NCBI GenBank assembly: GCA_964016885.1
Contig: OZ024742.1
Location: 267,530,001-267,594,000, forward strand
Source of the DNA: Eledone cirrhosa
Lineage: Eukaryota
DNA length: 64,000 nt
Reading direction: 5' to 3'
Shown here: positions 11,101 to 23,983 of the stretch, piece after piece
Numbering within the stretch: the stretch's first letter is position 1
Layout: each line of letters begins with the position of its first letter
Notes under the pieces: generated by a model
Database searches by the model: none
Seen by the model: only the letters and a program-made list of their open reading frames with translations
Told to the model about the DNA's origin: nothing
Translations under genes and position numbers: made by a program

Positions 11101-11550
11101 GTTCGGGATAAACTCTACAAACACGGAAGTGCTGTCAGACGGACCTGCCCAAGATGCGCACAGAACGACGAAACCGTTCTGCACGCACTTGTCCAATCTC
11201 CGTGCATTACTGACTTGTGGAGTTATGTCGAACAGCTACTGTCGCGTGTGGAACGAATCCAGTTATCGGCCGAGTCCATAGTGAAGATCGAGCCGCCACC
11301 TTCCTTAGGTCAGGAAGAGCAGGACATTTTCCTCTGTCTGGTGGCAGTTGCGAAAGAGATTATATGGTGGACCAGGTTGAAAGGACTAAAGACAGACACT
11401 TTTCTCTTCGGCCAATCCCTCATCAACTTCTTCAAGTTTCACCTGGAAAGGAGGGTGAGTGTGGAGAGAGAAGTGCTGCCCCCCAGTACATTTGCTAAAA
11501 GGTGGGTGAATGTGGCAAGAATAGCAGTGGAAACTTTTCAATTGTGTTAA
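8146..11550 (+). pseudogene. Tx1 ORF2 (APE endonuclease plus RT), frameshifted
   Basis: SLNVRGL, SETR, GDWN, YIDRIF, SDHK; KSPGLDGL, NFRPITLLN, LDQSKAFDRV, RQGCPLS, YAD(D lost); CPRC..ETVLH. Confidence 0.92.
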
Positions 11551-11684
11551 TGGATTGGTCAAAAGTTGAGATAGGGGTGGCGAAAGGGGGAGAATGCAAG
11601 CTAAGACAATTCCTATAGGGGAGAGAGGTAAATGGGATTGTCAAAAGAAATTCTATTTTAAGAATATAGTTTCAGAACTTATGA

Positions 11685-11872
<188 letters not shown>

Positions 11873-12399
11873 GTAAGTATGATGGGATCAAAACTTAGAG
11901 AAATACGTATTTGGTGGGGAAAGAAAAAAGAAAAAAGGTATATTTTTAGATATATTATATATATATATTTGTTTGTTTTTGTAATGTGGTGTATGTGTAT
12001 GTGTGTTTTAGTTGGTTTGTCACGGGTCTTTTTGTGGTGTGTAATTAAAATGACAGAGTATAGTTTTAGTGATGGCTTTCAATCAGGAATTTGTAGAGGG
12101 GTTATTTTCTTTAAAATATGTGTATGAATAATTTCTTTTTTATTTCGAGGTTTTTTGTGTGTGTCTGAGTGAATGAGTGAGAGAGAGAGAGAGAGCGAGA
12201 GAGAGAGAGAGAGAGTGAGAGCGAGAGAGAGAGAGTGTGTGTGTGTGCATATGTGTATATATATATTTATATATATTTATATACACACACGCGTGTATGT
12301 GTGCAAATATATCGATCTGTCTGTATATGTGTATGAGCTTAGACAATATGTCCTTATGAATAATCTAATGGGTGTGAACACATTTAATTTTGGTTTAAA

Positions 12400-12780
12400 T
12401 ATGTTAAGAAAGAGTTTTTATTTATTTATTCTAAGCACTTATGAAGGTGGAAGATTTTGAAGATGGGTAGTGTCATTCCTACACAATCTGCAATGTGGCT
12501 CCCTAATGGGATTTTTCTTGTGATTATCTCGGATTTGTTGGCGATGGATGGTCATTCTTTTGAGTAATGACAGACCCGTCTATACTATGTAGTTATGTCG
12601 ACAGACCCCGCATGTGATTAGGTAGATCAGATTCTCTGAGTTGCAAGTGAAGTTGTTTTTCACTGTAAAATTTTGGCCATCTTTACTTGAGAAATTTTGT
12701 CCTTCAATTAATTATAGGCATGTGCCACAGTTTGTTCTTCCGCATTTTGTTATCGTAAGGTTGGAGATTGGTCTGTGAAT
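12400..12780 (-). pseudogene. Neptune-type PLE GIY-YIG fragment
   Basis: Minus-strand translation FTCNSENLIYLITCGVCRHNYIV*TGLSLLKRMTIHRQQIR. Confidence 0.75.
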
Positions 12781-12802
12781 ATTTGTTCCATTGAGAATGT
12801 GT

Positions 12803-13737
12803 TTTACTTTTAATATTCGGCAAGGTCAGCCGTAACTCGCCCGGTATGCAAATGAGGCTACTCAGCCGATGCGTAATGAAGAAAATAGTATATATTTTCA
12901 ACCGATCAACAGGCTGCAAGAGGTATCCAGTCCAAATGAAGGGTAATGACTCAGAAACATGTTGATTGTCCCTCAAAGCCAGTTTTGAACAAACAGGTGA
13001 CGATCGCTCACCGGCACGGAACAGCTTCACATCGGGCCGTTTGTTTACAAACGAATCGAACATTATTATTAATCTTCGATATAACCCATAAGTACACAAG
13101 TATATACATATATATGTATGTATATATATGTCAGGTCACCAGTCGGTGCTACTGGTAACATGTACTCCAGTACAACCTGTCCCATGGTCGGGTCGTTGGC
13201 GACTAAACTGGCAATCCCAGCAAGGTTTCTTGGTGAGGAGGGGGACTTTGGACATCCTGCTGGACTAAAAACAAAACCTGTCAAAGGGCAAAGGAGCTCT
13301 TAAGAGTCAATGGCCATCCAAAATCACCGGGAGAGATGACCCCTTAGCCTTTGTCAAGGCAGAATTCTAGGAGAAGGAAAACGCTGATATAACACCTGCA
13401 ACCCTGATGGTATCCAATGATGTTGACTTGTTCTTCTTTTTGGTAAATATCGTCTTGGTTAAGAGAGTGAGACTGGCTTTATGCAGTGCCTTTGCTCACT
13501 ATAAAAGCTTCACAGCACAGGCATTGCTTTATATCTGGAGATCTCACTGCATTTGTCGTTACATGGTACCATGGGCACAGCACTATGTGTCAATAATTGT
13601 CACAAGTGTAGTGTTTGTACCAGACTTTTCAAGTCGCTGGCTGGACTAAAAAGTCACACTCGTTCAGCGCATCGGTAGGGGTTCTCCTACATGGATATAA
13701 AGTAGTGGCCGTACTCGAAAACGAGTTGGCAGCCACC

Positions 13738-13807
<70 letters not shown>

Positions 13808-14180
13808 TTGTGTGTGTATACATATGTGTGTACGTGTGCATACTTACATTTATGTATCAGCTATGCTAGGGTGATAAATAAAATTCTAATTATATTTTTA
13901 ATATTCGGCACGGCCAGTTGTTACTCGCCCGGTATGCAAATGAGTCTACTCAGCCGATGTGTACTTAAGAACATACTATATATTTTCAACCATTCAACAG
14001 ACTAACAGAGGTATACAGTCTTGAACAAGTGTAATGACCCAGAAACATGGAGATTGTTCCTCAAAGCCAGTGTTGAACAAACAGGTGGCGATATGTAACC
14101 GGCACGGCACAGCTTCAAATCGGGCCGTTTCTTTACAAACGAATCGAACATTATTATTAACGTTCGATATAACCCATACG
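12803..14180 (+). repeat. Two diverged direct copies (about 12803-13095 and 13867-14180) of the octamer-HHR unit family, separated by an inserted SINE-like element
   Basis: Shared ACTCGCCCGGTATGCAAATGAG, degenerate HHR ending GAAACATG, and T(G/C)TTTACAAACGAATCGAAC. Confidence 0.7.
13135..13738 (+). mobile_element. About 600-bp non-autonomous SINE-like element, probably RTE-derived, in a (TA)n tract
   Basis: Highly similar inverted copy at 54050-54648; CTAGGAGAAGGAAAAC resembles RTE 5' UTR motifs (from memory). Confidence 0.65.
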
Positions 14181-14570
14181 TACATATGTATATATGTGTA
14201 TGTATATAGATGTGTGTGTACGTGCACATACTTACACATACACACACACACAGACACATACAGACACATACAAACACATACACACAGACACGCACGCACA
14301 CACACACACACAAACGTAATGAAGGAGTAACCAATCGTCCTTGTTATCTTATTTCACTATAATAGACTATGTCTAGCTCTACATCTCGACACTGAAGGGA
14401 AGCTAAACATCGAGTGCTCACTCGGGTGAACCTACAGTAACTCCAAGTTACACTCACTGGATATATATATATATATATCATTCGATCTCCAATACATTAT
14501 TTACCTCTGGTCAACACATCAGAGTACGTAGATGTTGAAAGTAATTCACTCGAGGCAAGACTTATATAGA

Positions 14571-14750
14571 AAAATAGCGTATAATCAAAACAATAACAGC
14601 AATAATACAATAGCGTATAATCAAAACAATAACAGCAATAATAAAATAGCGTATAATCAAAACAATAACAGCAATAATAAAATAGCGTATAATCAAAACA
14701 ATAACAGCAATAATAAAATAGCGTATAATCAAAACAATAACATCAATAAT
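14571..14750 (+). repeat. 36-bp in-frame minisatellite, 5 copies (KIAYNQNNNSNN)
   Basis: Visible in DNA and translation. Confidence 0.9.
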
Positions 14751-15795
14751 AAAACCTCAAATTGTAATTGCCACCTACCGGATAAGTGCCCCCTATGGAA
14801 TAGATGCCTGGATTCGAGTATAGTATACCTGTGTACTGTGAATTCAGGCAACTCTACTTGGCATTACATAGGTTCCACGGCTGGGGAGTTCAAGAAAAGG
14901 TGGTACGTCCACAGACACTCCATGAATAACCATGCACTGGAGAACTCTACGACGCTTGCCAATAAAATCTGGCAGCTTAAGGACAAAAACCTAGAATATA
15001 AGATTAACTGGTCAAAATTATCGGTAGCAAAAGCTTACAGCAACGGTATGTCCCACTACGGGCTTTGTAATTTAGAACTACTACATATCTTAAGGTACGC
15101 TGGGATGCTGCTTAACAGCAAAATAGAAAGTTCTATTTTCTGTAGGCATAAAATAGCTGCTAGATTCACAAACTTCAAACCACCATGATTTGAACCAGCA
15201 ATGCGAAAATTGGTACTGAACCACCTAGATTTTAACATATAGAATACACACCGTCGCACTGCTATTAACTATCAAACGGCCAACTGGACACTGGATCATA
15301 AATCTCTGAACATTTCTTTCACCCTCTCTCCCTGAAACAGCATCAACCCCATTAAGATTGAACAATCAGCAAAACATTTACAACACACGTTTATCAAATG
15401 TCCCGTCATCCCTAGCCCATAAATATCATACATGTCTCCGCCAATTAATCTCTAATTTATTGTCTTTTCTTTTATCGGACCCTCTACACCTATCTATGTA
15501 CATCTCGAATCTGGTTTCTCATGTTAGCACTAAACTCACCAGCGAATCCTTAGAAGAACATTTACTCAAAATCTACTACTATGTACTTACACGCTCTCAC
15601 TTATTTATTTATTTATATTTTCCTTTGTTTCATTGTCTTATTTTTTAATGTACCCTATCTTATATTTTACTTTTTACTTTTTACACCTGTAACTTCTCTA
15701 CCTATTTCAATACATATTTTATTATTGATGTTATTGTTTGATTATACGGTATTTTTTTATAAGTCTTGCCTCGAGTGAATTACTTTCATATCTGT

Positions 15796-15906
15796 GTACT
15801 CTGATGTGTTGACCAGAGGTAAATAATGTATTGGAGATCGAATGACGCAACCTCAAGTGATTAGCGAACTCTAGACTCACCTGATCAACGAAACAATTGT
15901 CAGTAC
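15796..15906 (+). ncRNA. Hammerhead-like motif with 82-nt stem II (core variant CTGATGT)
   Basis: GTACT-CTGATGT-GTTGAcCAG...CTGaTCAAC-GAAAC-AATT-GTC-AGTAC. Confidence 0.7.
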
Positions 15907-16111
15907 TTTAAATAAAGCCCTTATTGTACAGCCAACCATGTTACTCTTCATTCTTTAACTATTATTACTCCAAGTGCAGCAACCTGCATAGAAATTACTC
16001 CGAACTCGCTGCATAACTATGGAAGCATCTTGTTGAGTCAAACAAAGCCGTACTTTAAAACTATCCACAATGCACAACCTCTAACTGGATAACCTATAAC
16101 GATAACTTGTT

Positions 16112-16204
<93 letters not shown>

Positions 16205-17825
16205 GAGGTATCATGCGCTGTCTGTTTTTCCTAATATATTAAATTATACTTACTCCGTGAATTATTGGAGACCAGTAAAATACCCGTGACCCTGGAATAT
16301 TATATCGCTGCACTCGATTATCCACGTTGAGAAATCTATTCGGTAAGCTGCTTCTTCATTTAAAGTTGCATAACCACTGTATGACTATGATTTTCAAACG
16401 AAAAGTGAAAACTCCCATATCTTCTAATATCTTGCTCTACACTAACAGTTTACCGGTACACAATGGAAAACACCGCATAGGCATTTCTCTAAAAATACTT
16501 AACATCCTTGTAGGAACGATTAAGTTATGAGCATGATATCCCTTTCTTTGGCGATTCTACCAATTTAGTTCAAATAACTACTTGACTGAAATAGGTTACA
16601 TTCTCTTTGCGTTTGTTTTAGTGGGTTTGGATGCATGTATGCGTGAGTGTGAGGATTACATGAAATGTTCTTTACTCTTTTATTAGTAATTCATTTATTG
16701 ATATTTCGATCAAATAAAAAGGGAGATATACGAAAAGAGCGGTGGTTATGACCGTCTATCACTTCTGTTAATTTGTTCCTTATATTTATGATTTGGTTAC
16801 ACTTGTTAAAGGAATGGTCTACCCTTTACACGTAATTTGAACAAGTAGGTAGTTCAGTTAATCAAACAAATGAATGATCATCGTCGAACCGACAGAGGAT
16901 CCATTATTAATTCAATGTATAAACTCTGTATGATTATTGAGAGGTGTGATTTGAACATAGCATAACTAGAAGGAGAGGAACGATATCATTTATAATTGAT
17001 TGATGTCAAAAATACTCGAATTACTGAATAAAGATCCGCAGTAAAAACATCAAATAAAATAATTCATTTCATTCAACGAAGCCCTTTGTATATACTTTGT
17101 CTAAAGGGATTCGAAAAAGATGTTGCAACTTTGAATCTAATTAATCTGAATCAATTGCGATAAGAACGATGCAATAAAGAAACCGTTGCAATATTTAATA
17201 CAGAAAATTCTACTTAATAAGAATCCACTCATCCAAGTGCTTCTACAATTAACTGATATCTGCACTGAATATTCTTTTTTTTTTGTTTTCAGAATGGAAC
17301 ATCAAACGATATCTTCGATTACGTATGTCTTCGTATTTATGTTTTATATTTTTTCATTCTATTTCCAAACAGCTCGTGATAATTTGAAGTAAAAACGCAA
17401 TCGACCCATAAATTTGTAGGCATAAATTATATAAAAGCAACACGAAAACACCACCCAAACCACCACAAACACTACAACAACAAAAACTACAATAACTGCA
17501 AGAAAATCTACAATTATCTTGAAAGAAGTTTGATTGGTTTAATGATATGTTATTACATCAAAGTAGAAGGAACTAGCTTAAAATTATTAAGAACTGGCAG
17601 TATGTCAAGGCATCTCTCCTGTAATAAGTTTGCTTTGTAGAAATGGGAAACGATGTTAATTAGAAGGATATATAGAAATAAATAGATAAAAATAAATACA
17701 TGAACATATCAGTAATAATTTCTCTTAAATATAGAAATGCATCGTTTTAGATTATATATCTGCTTAATTAAAGACAAGTTCTACGTTGGTTCGGCTGTTC
17801 ATAAAGGTCTTATCTTTTTACAACA

Positions 17826-17885
<60 letters not shown>

Positions 17886-17959
17886 GCATATATTAATATT
17901 ATTAATAAGTGTTGTTATTATTTATTATTATTATTATTATTATTATTGTTATTGTTATT

Positions 17960-18438
17960 CCTTGAATCTCAGTCATTGATGTTGGTTAACTGGAAAGTCC
18001 GTTGGATTGAATATCAAGCCACTACCTGCAGCCTCAGATATTCAGGACGTATCGGAGGGTTCTTGCCGTTCCAAGCAAGCATGCCTTTTGAAGCGTTCCA
18101 AAAAGCGTGAAGGGGCCGATTTTCTTTAACCATCCCTGGAAACCTTTGGAGATAGTCCCCAGTGCGCCTATGACAATCGGGATCACTTTGACTTCATGGC
18201 AGTTCCAAATCCTTTTCACCTCCCACTTTAGGTCCTGGTATCGGTTAATTTTCTCCCTCTCCTTCTCTTGCACTCTCGTGTCGAACGGGCAGGCCACATC
18301 CACAATCAGGCACGATCTTTTTTCTTTGTCCACAACCACCAGGTCAGGTCTATTGTGTTCCAGTTTTTTGTCCGTCTGTATCCTAAAATCCCACAGCACC
18401 TTCACCTGATTGTTCTCCATCACCGCCTCTGGCCTATG

Positions 18439-18441
<3 letters not shown>
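17960..18441 (-). mobile_element. 3' fragment of an R4/Dong-type non-LTR element (restriction-like endonuclease)
   Basis: LWDFRIQTDKKLEHNRPDLVVVD..IVDVACPFD..EKINRYQDL..IPIVIGALG; (TAA)n on both sides. Confidence 0.88.
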
Positions 18442-18499
<58 letters not shown>

Positions 18500-18905
18500 G
18501 TTATTATTATTGATTCTCAGCATCATCATCTATAAGCATCATACTAACAATCAATATTCATTAAGATCACCATCGTCACTCTCATCATGATCAAGAGTTT
18601 CAGTATCATTATTAACATCATCAGTAATATTTATGTATTATTTAATAAATTCTTATCTTGACAGGATTTTGCGATTCGGTTGCATGAAGTGAAAAATATC
18701 GTTTCATGTATACATACACCCTCACATATAAAGCCAACGAAAAGAACTCACACACATAACTCACTGATACATCCACTGAAATGTTATCTTATGCATATAC
18801 GTACAAACACACGCGCAAACACGCCAACAGAATCGTAAATATACACATAATCACACGCTTATACACACACACACACACACACACAGACACACACACACAC
18901 AGACA

Positions 18906-18992
<87 letters not shown>

Positions 18993-19009
18993 ACACACAT
19001 ACACACACG

Positions 19010-19062
<53 letters not shown>

Positions 19063-19109
19063 GAAGGCGCACGTATATATATATATGAAGACAGACATAT
19101 ATATATATA

Positions 19110-19247
19110 AGTTATTCCGGGTTGAATCGGAGGTAACCACAGTAAGTAAGGTACTCAATACATAGCAGACTATAACAGTTTTAATATAGAAGAGCTTCTA
19201 CAGGACTAGAACTGTCTCATTCCTGAGAAATCATCAGGGAGCTGGCA
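19110..19247 (-). mobile_element. Solo PLE pLTR fragment with HHR (19194-19242; GAAA>GAGA)
   Basis: Reverse complement GCTCC-CTGATGA-TTTCTCAGGAAT-GAGACAG..CTGTA-GAAGC; homologous to 47800-47925. Confidence 0.65.
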
Positions 19248-19324
19248 TATATATATATATATACATATATGTACACACACACATATATATATATGTGTAC
19301 ATATATATATATTATATATATACA

Positions 19325-19408
<84 letters not shown>

Positions 19409-20164
19409 TATGTATACATATATATAATATACATATACATATATATATATATATACGTGCGCATTCATTTAAATACACATGGACGCACTTAAACCCACAT
19501 ATACACCCCCATCACACACACACATATATATATATTTATATATATACAGACATACTCAAACATATCCACATATATGCATGCACATACGCCAAGAGCAAAA
19601 TGATTCAGAATGAAAAAAAATACGAAGAGAAGTAAAGCAAGTGTATAACATTATCAGCGAAGCAGTAATAACATTGAAAAGAGTTGAGAGATGCCAATTA
19701 TTATTATTACCATTTTAGAGAATATTGGTATTTGTAAGATATAATTTTAAATTAAAATTATATGTGTAGTTGGCAAAACGATTCTGTTAGAACTAATTCA
19801 AGAACTGAAACATGTCAGAGAGGTATATGTAAAGTAATTAGCTAAACAGGAACTTTGAAGCAAGAATTATATACAAAACAATAATAATAATAAATATATA
19901 TTTGTATGTACGTATGTGGGTGGTGGATCACCGTCGTTTCCGATGATGACTATTCCAGTCGTCCGATCAACAGAATAACCCACGTATACAATTAACATGT
20001 AAATGAGTGGGAATCCTACACACATGTATACTTTTATAATAATTGTTTCTACTTTTGGCACAAGATAATAATAATCTGGGATATTAAAGGCAGCACAGTC
20101 CCAGTCATTTCAAATGTAGGGTAAAGGCATTTTAGGGGTGGAAAGGGGGAGACTGAAATGGTTT

Positions 20165-20245
20165 GTAATGCTTAACGACTCAACTCGCAGCCAGGAATCG
20201 AACTAATGGTTTTACGATCGGACGCCAAACACCGTAACTATACCC
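20165..20245 (-). mobile_element. Degenerate tRNA-derived SINE head
   Basis: Reverse complement has A-box-like TAGTTACGGTG and B-box-like AGTTCGATTCC. Confidence 0.45.
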
Positions 20246-20289
20246 ATATACAAGTAGATACACTGTAAATACTATTTGACGCTAAACTC

Positions 20290-21672
20290 CGACACCTGTA
20301 GACTGCGCATCAATATGTGATATCTCTTACCACAAAATTCGATCACCAGCAGCAGAGTTCAAACAGCAAAAATTAAGTCCAGTCCATAGGTTGACGTTAT
20401 CAAGCCATCGTTTTGCCTGCCGGCCTCAGCTTCTCTTACCAGCCAACCTTCTTTCCAGGCACAACCTACTCACATCACGAGTTGATCTTTTTATATGGCC
20501 GTATAGTCTGAGTATTCTTGACTTGACAATTGATATAATTGGTCTAAGTTTGGTAATGATGAGCAGCTCGCTGATACAGATAAGGTCGCTAAGCCGCTTG
20601 CCAGTCATAAGACTCATGATGTGGTTCTCGAAAGTAGTGAGCTTCTGAGGTGACCTTGTCGCCCAATTAACACAGTCAAGACCATATAACAAAACTGGTA
20701 GGATGTAAGTATCAATGATCTTCGCCTTCAAATGATAGGATACACGTTTTGATGTTAGCACTTCCTTGTTCTTGTTGAAAGCTGCCCAACCTTGAGTGAT
20801 TCGATATTGCACAGCAACCATTCCATTCTTGTTTGATGATAGTTTGTGACCAGATATACAAACTCCGTAACTTGAGCAATTTGCTGGTTGTAGATTGTGA
20901 GTTGGAGTTTGGCATTGTTTTTTATCAGTTATTATACATTTTGTTTTGGATATGTTGATGTGCAAGCCAGGCTCCGGCGAATGTTTGGCCAGTACATTCA
21001 CAAAGTCTTGCAGATCAATTCTAGAGTATCTCATGGTGGCCAAAGGGTCTGCATAACACTTCAACATCACATTAACTGTATCAACATTACAGGAAAATGC
21101 CCAGATATGTTCAAGAAAGTATTGATTGTTGTACTCTACAAAAAGGGTAGCAAGCATGATTGTGGGAACTATCGTCCTATCAGCTTACTGAGTCAGGTTT
21201 ACAAGCATTTCATGAGTATCATTGTAGCAAGAGTGAAGTCAGACATTTACGCCTCATTTCCTGAAACACAAGCTGCGTATCCACCTGGAAGAGGCACCAT
21301 TGAGCAGATCCTAGTTATTGAACAAATCATCGAGAAATCAATAGAATTCAACAAACCAGTGCACATCACCTTCATTGATTTCACAAAAGCTTTTGACAAC
21401 GTGAAACTACTCAGCTTGTGGCAACTCTTAAGCAAGACCTCAATTAACAAAAAATACATCCACCTATTGAAATAAACTTACACCAACTCTACAGTATATA
21501 TCAAAACAGACTTGAGAACTACACGCTGTTTAGATATATTAAAGGGAGTTTAGCAGGGAAATGCACTATCATCACTTATTTTCTATATAGTTATAGCTGC
21601 ACTTATCTACCAAACTGAAGAAGAATGCTCGTCTGGCTATGAAATAGGATGAAAAATCCTATGAAATCTTCG
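20290..21672 (-). mobile_element. RTE-type LINE RT fragment with inverted 5' segment
   Basis: Plus strand 21088-21672: NYRPISLLS..FIDFTKAFD..QG..LS..NLRY; minus strand from about 21056: YAD..GLHINISKTK..LPVLLYG..LYGHIKRS. Confidence 0.85.
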
Positions 21673-21700
21673 TATATATGTATATATATATATATATATA

Positions 21701-21846
21701 TAACGAAGGAAATGTGGTAAGGAACCAGGTGGACCATAACGCACCAAAGTACTCAATACTTAGGGTAGTAGAGTGGGTAATAGGAACGAGTAAGACCCCG
21801 ACGGCTGAGCTCAAGCCGTTTCGACGGCTAATTCTGGACTCAGAAT
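21701..21846 (-). mobile_element. pLTR-like fragment ending inside an HHR stem II loop
   Basis: Near-identical to 23853-23986 in reverse; flanked by duplicated TATGAAATCTTCGTATATATG. Confidence 0.6.
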
Positions 21847-21866
21847 ATCTATATGAAATCTTCGTA

Positions 21867-21949
<83 letters not shown>

Positions 21950-22674
21950 GGTATAAGTATCATAGGAGAGGAGGAATTATTTCTCAGAGGAGTCCGTGTA
22001 GGCGAAACATTATGTAAGATTTATATAAAGAACTTGTTTTAACGGCTTGTAACTCCTTCATTCAATCATTTGCTTATGTGTGTGTGTGTATGTATACATA
22101 CATATATATATTCCTTGACGTAATTAAATTATAGGGGATTAATGTGAGTTTTTAAATCCGCTCTTTGATTTGATATTTTGGCTCCTAATTCATTTCTGAA
22201 GTTGAATGGTTCTGAGCTGCTGTTTTAAACGGTCTTTTGGTCTATTCACACCATGGGCTATAAATCCACCTGTCTTTCCTCTATGCCAACGTGTTTTGTT
22301 AGATATCTGATATATTTATTTAGAAGTGTTAATCGTATTGTTAGGTACCTGTCGATCAGCTACATCTACGATATGGATTCTGCACTTCTCATAGCGAAAC
22401 ACACTTATTTGAGCATGTCCGGGTGTTATAGTTATAATCGTATGGTTAGTACACTTTAAAATATTCATGTTGTTCATTTCTATTCACCATTCCTCCGTAA
22501 GTAATATGTTTGTCACTCTGGTGGTTTTTGATCTCCTATGATTGAACACATGTCAGTATGTGTACTTTTCACTATATATTGATTTATAAGCAACTCGGAA
22601 TCTATTCCCTGAGCTAATTGAATTATAGGGGATTAATGTGAGTTTTTAACCCCGTTTTTTTAATTTGATATATA

Positions 22675-23580
22675 TATATATCTAGTCAATTTCCACAAGA
22701 TATCAGAAATAATGAGTAAATTTTCTATAGCTGTGAATCGCGGATAAAGAGCTGAATCATTTATCTACTATTTCTTCATAAGTATATTTTAAACCTATAA
22801 CTTCGTTTAAATGATTTTTTGTGTGGTTAATTTATGCTGATTGGGAGAAGAAATACTGTATATAATTTATCTAATGATTCTCTGGACTTATTTTTTATAT
22901 ATTGCTCTGATTATAAATTATTTAATTAATTCGTCATTGAGCCACACTGTGAATGGTTGCCAAAAACATATATATATTTTTCTATGGCCTTATCTGGTTT
23001 ATATGTATATACCCTTTAAATTTTATATACTCCCGTAAGGTTGAGTAAAACTTTAGGCAGTATTCGGCTGCGTTTTCTAGCAACCAGCCTACTCGCCGAG
23101 AGGCACCAATCACAAACTTTCTGCCTCGAGCACTAGCTACGTGATAATTCTTAGCCATTATGAATACGTTTCTGGCGGGGATCATGTAAGAAAAATCTTT
23201 GTCCACTTGAGTTTATCTCCTGATGATTTCCAACCTCGTTGATTTATTCAAGATTGGACATATCCAAAAACGGAATCAAACTGCCGGTAGTAGAGACGTA
23301 TTGATGAGTTTGGAATGTTTATGTGCATTTTTCCTTCTAACTTTGATTTTGCAAATAATTATGTATATATCTAGTCAATTTCTACAGGCTATCAGAAATA
23401 ATGGGCAAATTTTCTATAGCTGTGAATCGCGGATAAAGAGCTGTATCATGTATATACTATTTCTTCATAGGTATATTTTAAACTTATAGCCTCGTTTATA
23501 TGATTTTTGTGTGGTTAATTTAAACTGATTGCGAGAAGAAATACTGTATATATTTTATCTAATGATTCTATGGACTTACT
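22675..23580 (+). repeat. About 210-bp diverged direct repeat (22675-22890 and 23365-23580)
   Basis: Shared TCTAGTCAATTTC..ATCAGAAATAATG..GTGAATCGCGGATAAAGAGCTG. Confidence 0.75.
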
Positions 23581-23603
23581 TTTTCTCTCTCTCTCTCTCT
23601 CGC

Positions 23604-23697
<94 letters not shown>

Positions 23698-23717
23698 TGT
23701 ATATATATATATATATA

Positions 23718-23790
<73 letters not shown>

Positions 23791-23794
<4 letters not shown>

Positions 23795-23906
23795 AACCAG
23801 TAAGACCCCGACAGCTGAGCTCAAGCCGTTTCGACGGCTAATTCAGAATTGAGAATTAGCCGTCGAAACGGCTTGAGCTCAGCTGTCGGGGTCTTACTGG
23901 TTCCTA
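23791..23906. repeat. Perfect palindrome with 54-bp arms and 8-nt loop, built from the 3' half of an HHR
   Basis: Arms 23791-23844 and 23853-23906. Confidence 0.9.
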
Positions 23907-23983
23907 TTACCCACTCTACTACCTCAAGTATTGAGTACTTTGGTGCGTTATGGTCCACCTGGTTCCTTACCACATTTCCTTCG

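Larger units (their letters stand above)
5921..11550 (+). mobile_element. Tx1/L1-clade non-LTR retrotransposon, near full length, disrupted; 3' UTR and tail missing
   Basis: ORF1 with CCHC knuckle and ORF2 with APE, RT and C-terminal Cys motif; homologous to 35934-41149. Confidence 0.9.
14478..16115 (+). mobile_element. Naiad-type PLE copy 2 (GIY-YIG only) with inverted partial pLTR at its 5' end
   Basis: ORF 14532-15188 with CNCHLPDKCPL, HYIGST, CRHK; 14478-14568 is the reverse complement of about 15758-15845. Confidence 0.85.

Noticed and set aside
8476-11498. Antisense and alternative-frame ORFs inside Tx1 ORF2
   Set aside because: Expected shadow ORFs of GC-richer coding DNA; no motifs
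20165-20245. Functional tRNA gene
   Set aside because: Only degenerate A/B boxes and no cloverleaf; better explained as a SINE head
22100-22650. Possible further GIY-YIG relic on the minus strand
   Set aside because: Too degraded to recover diagnostic motifs
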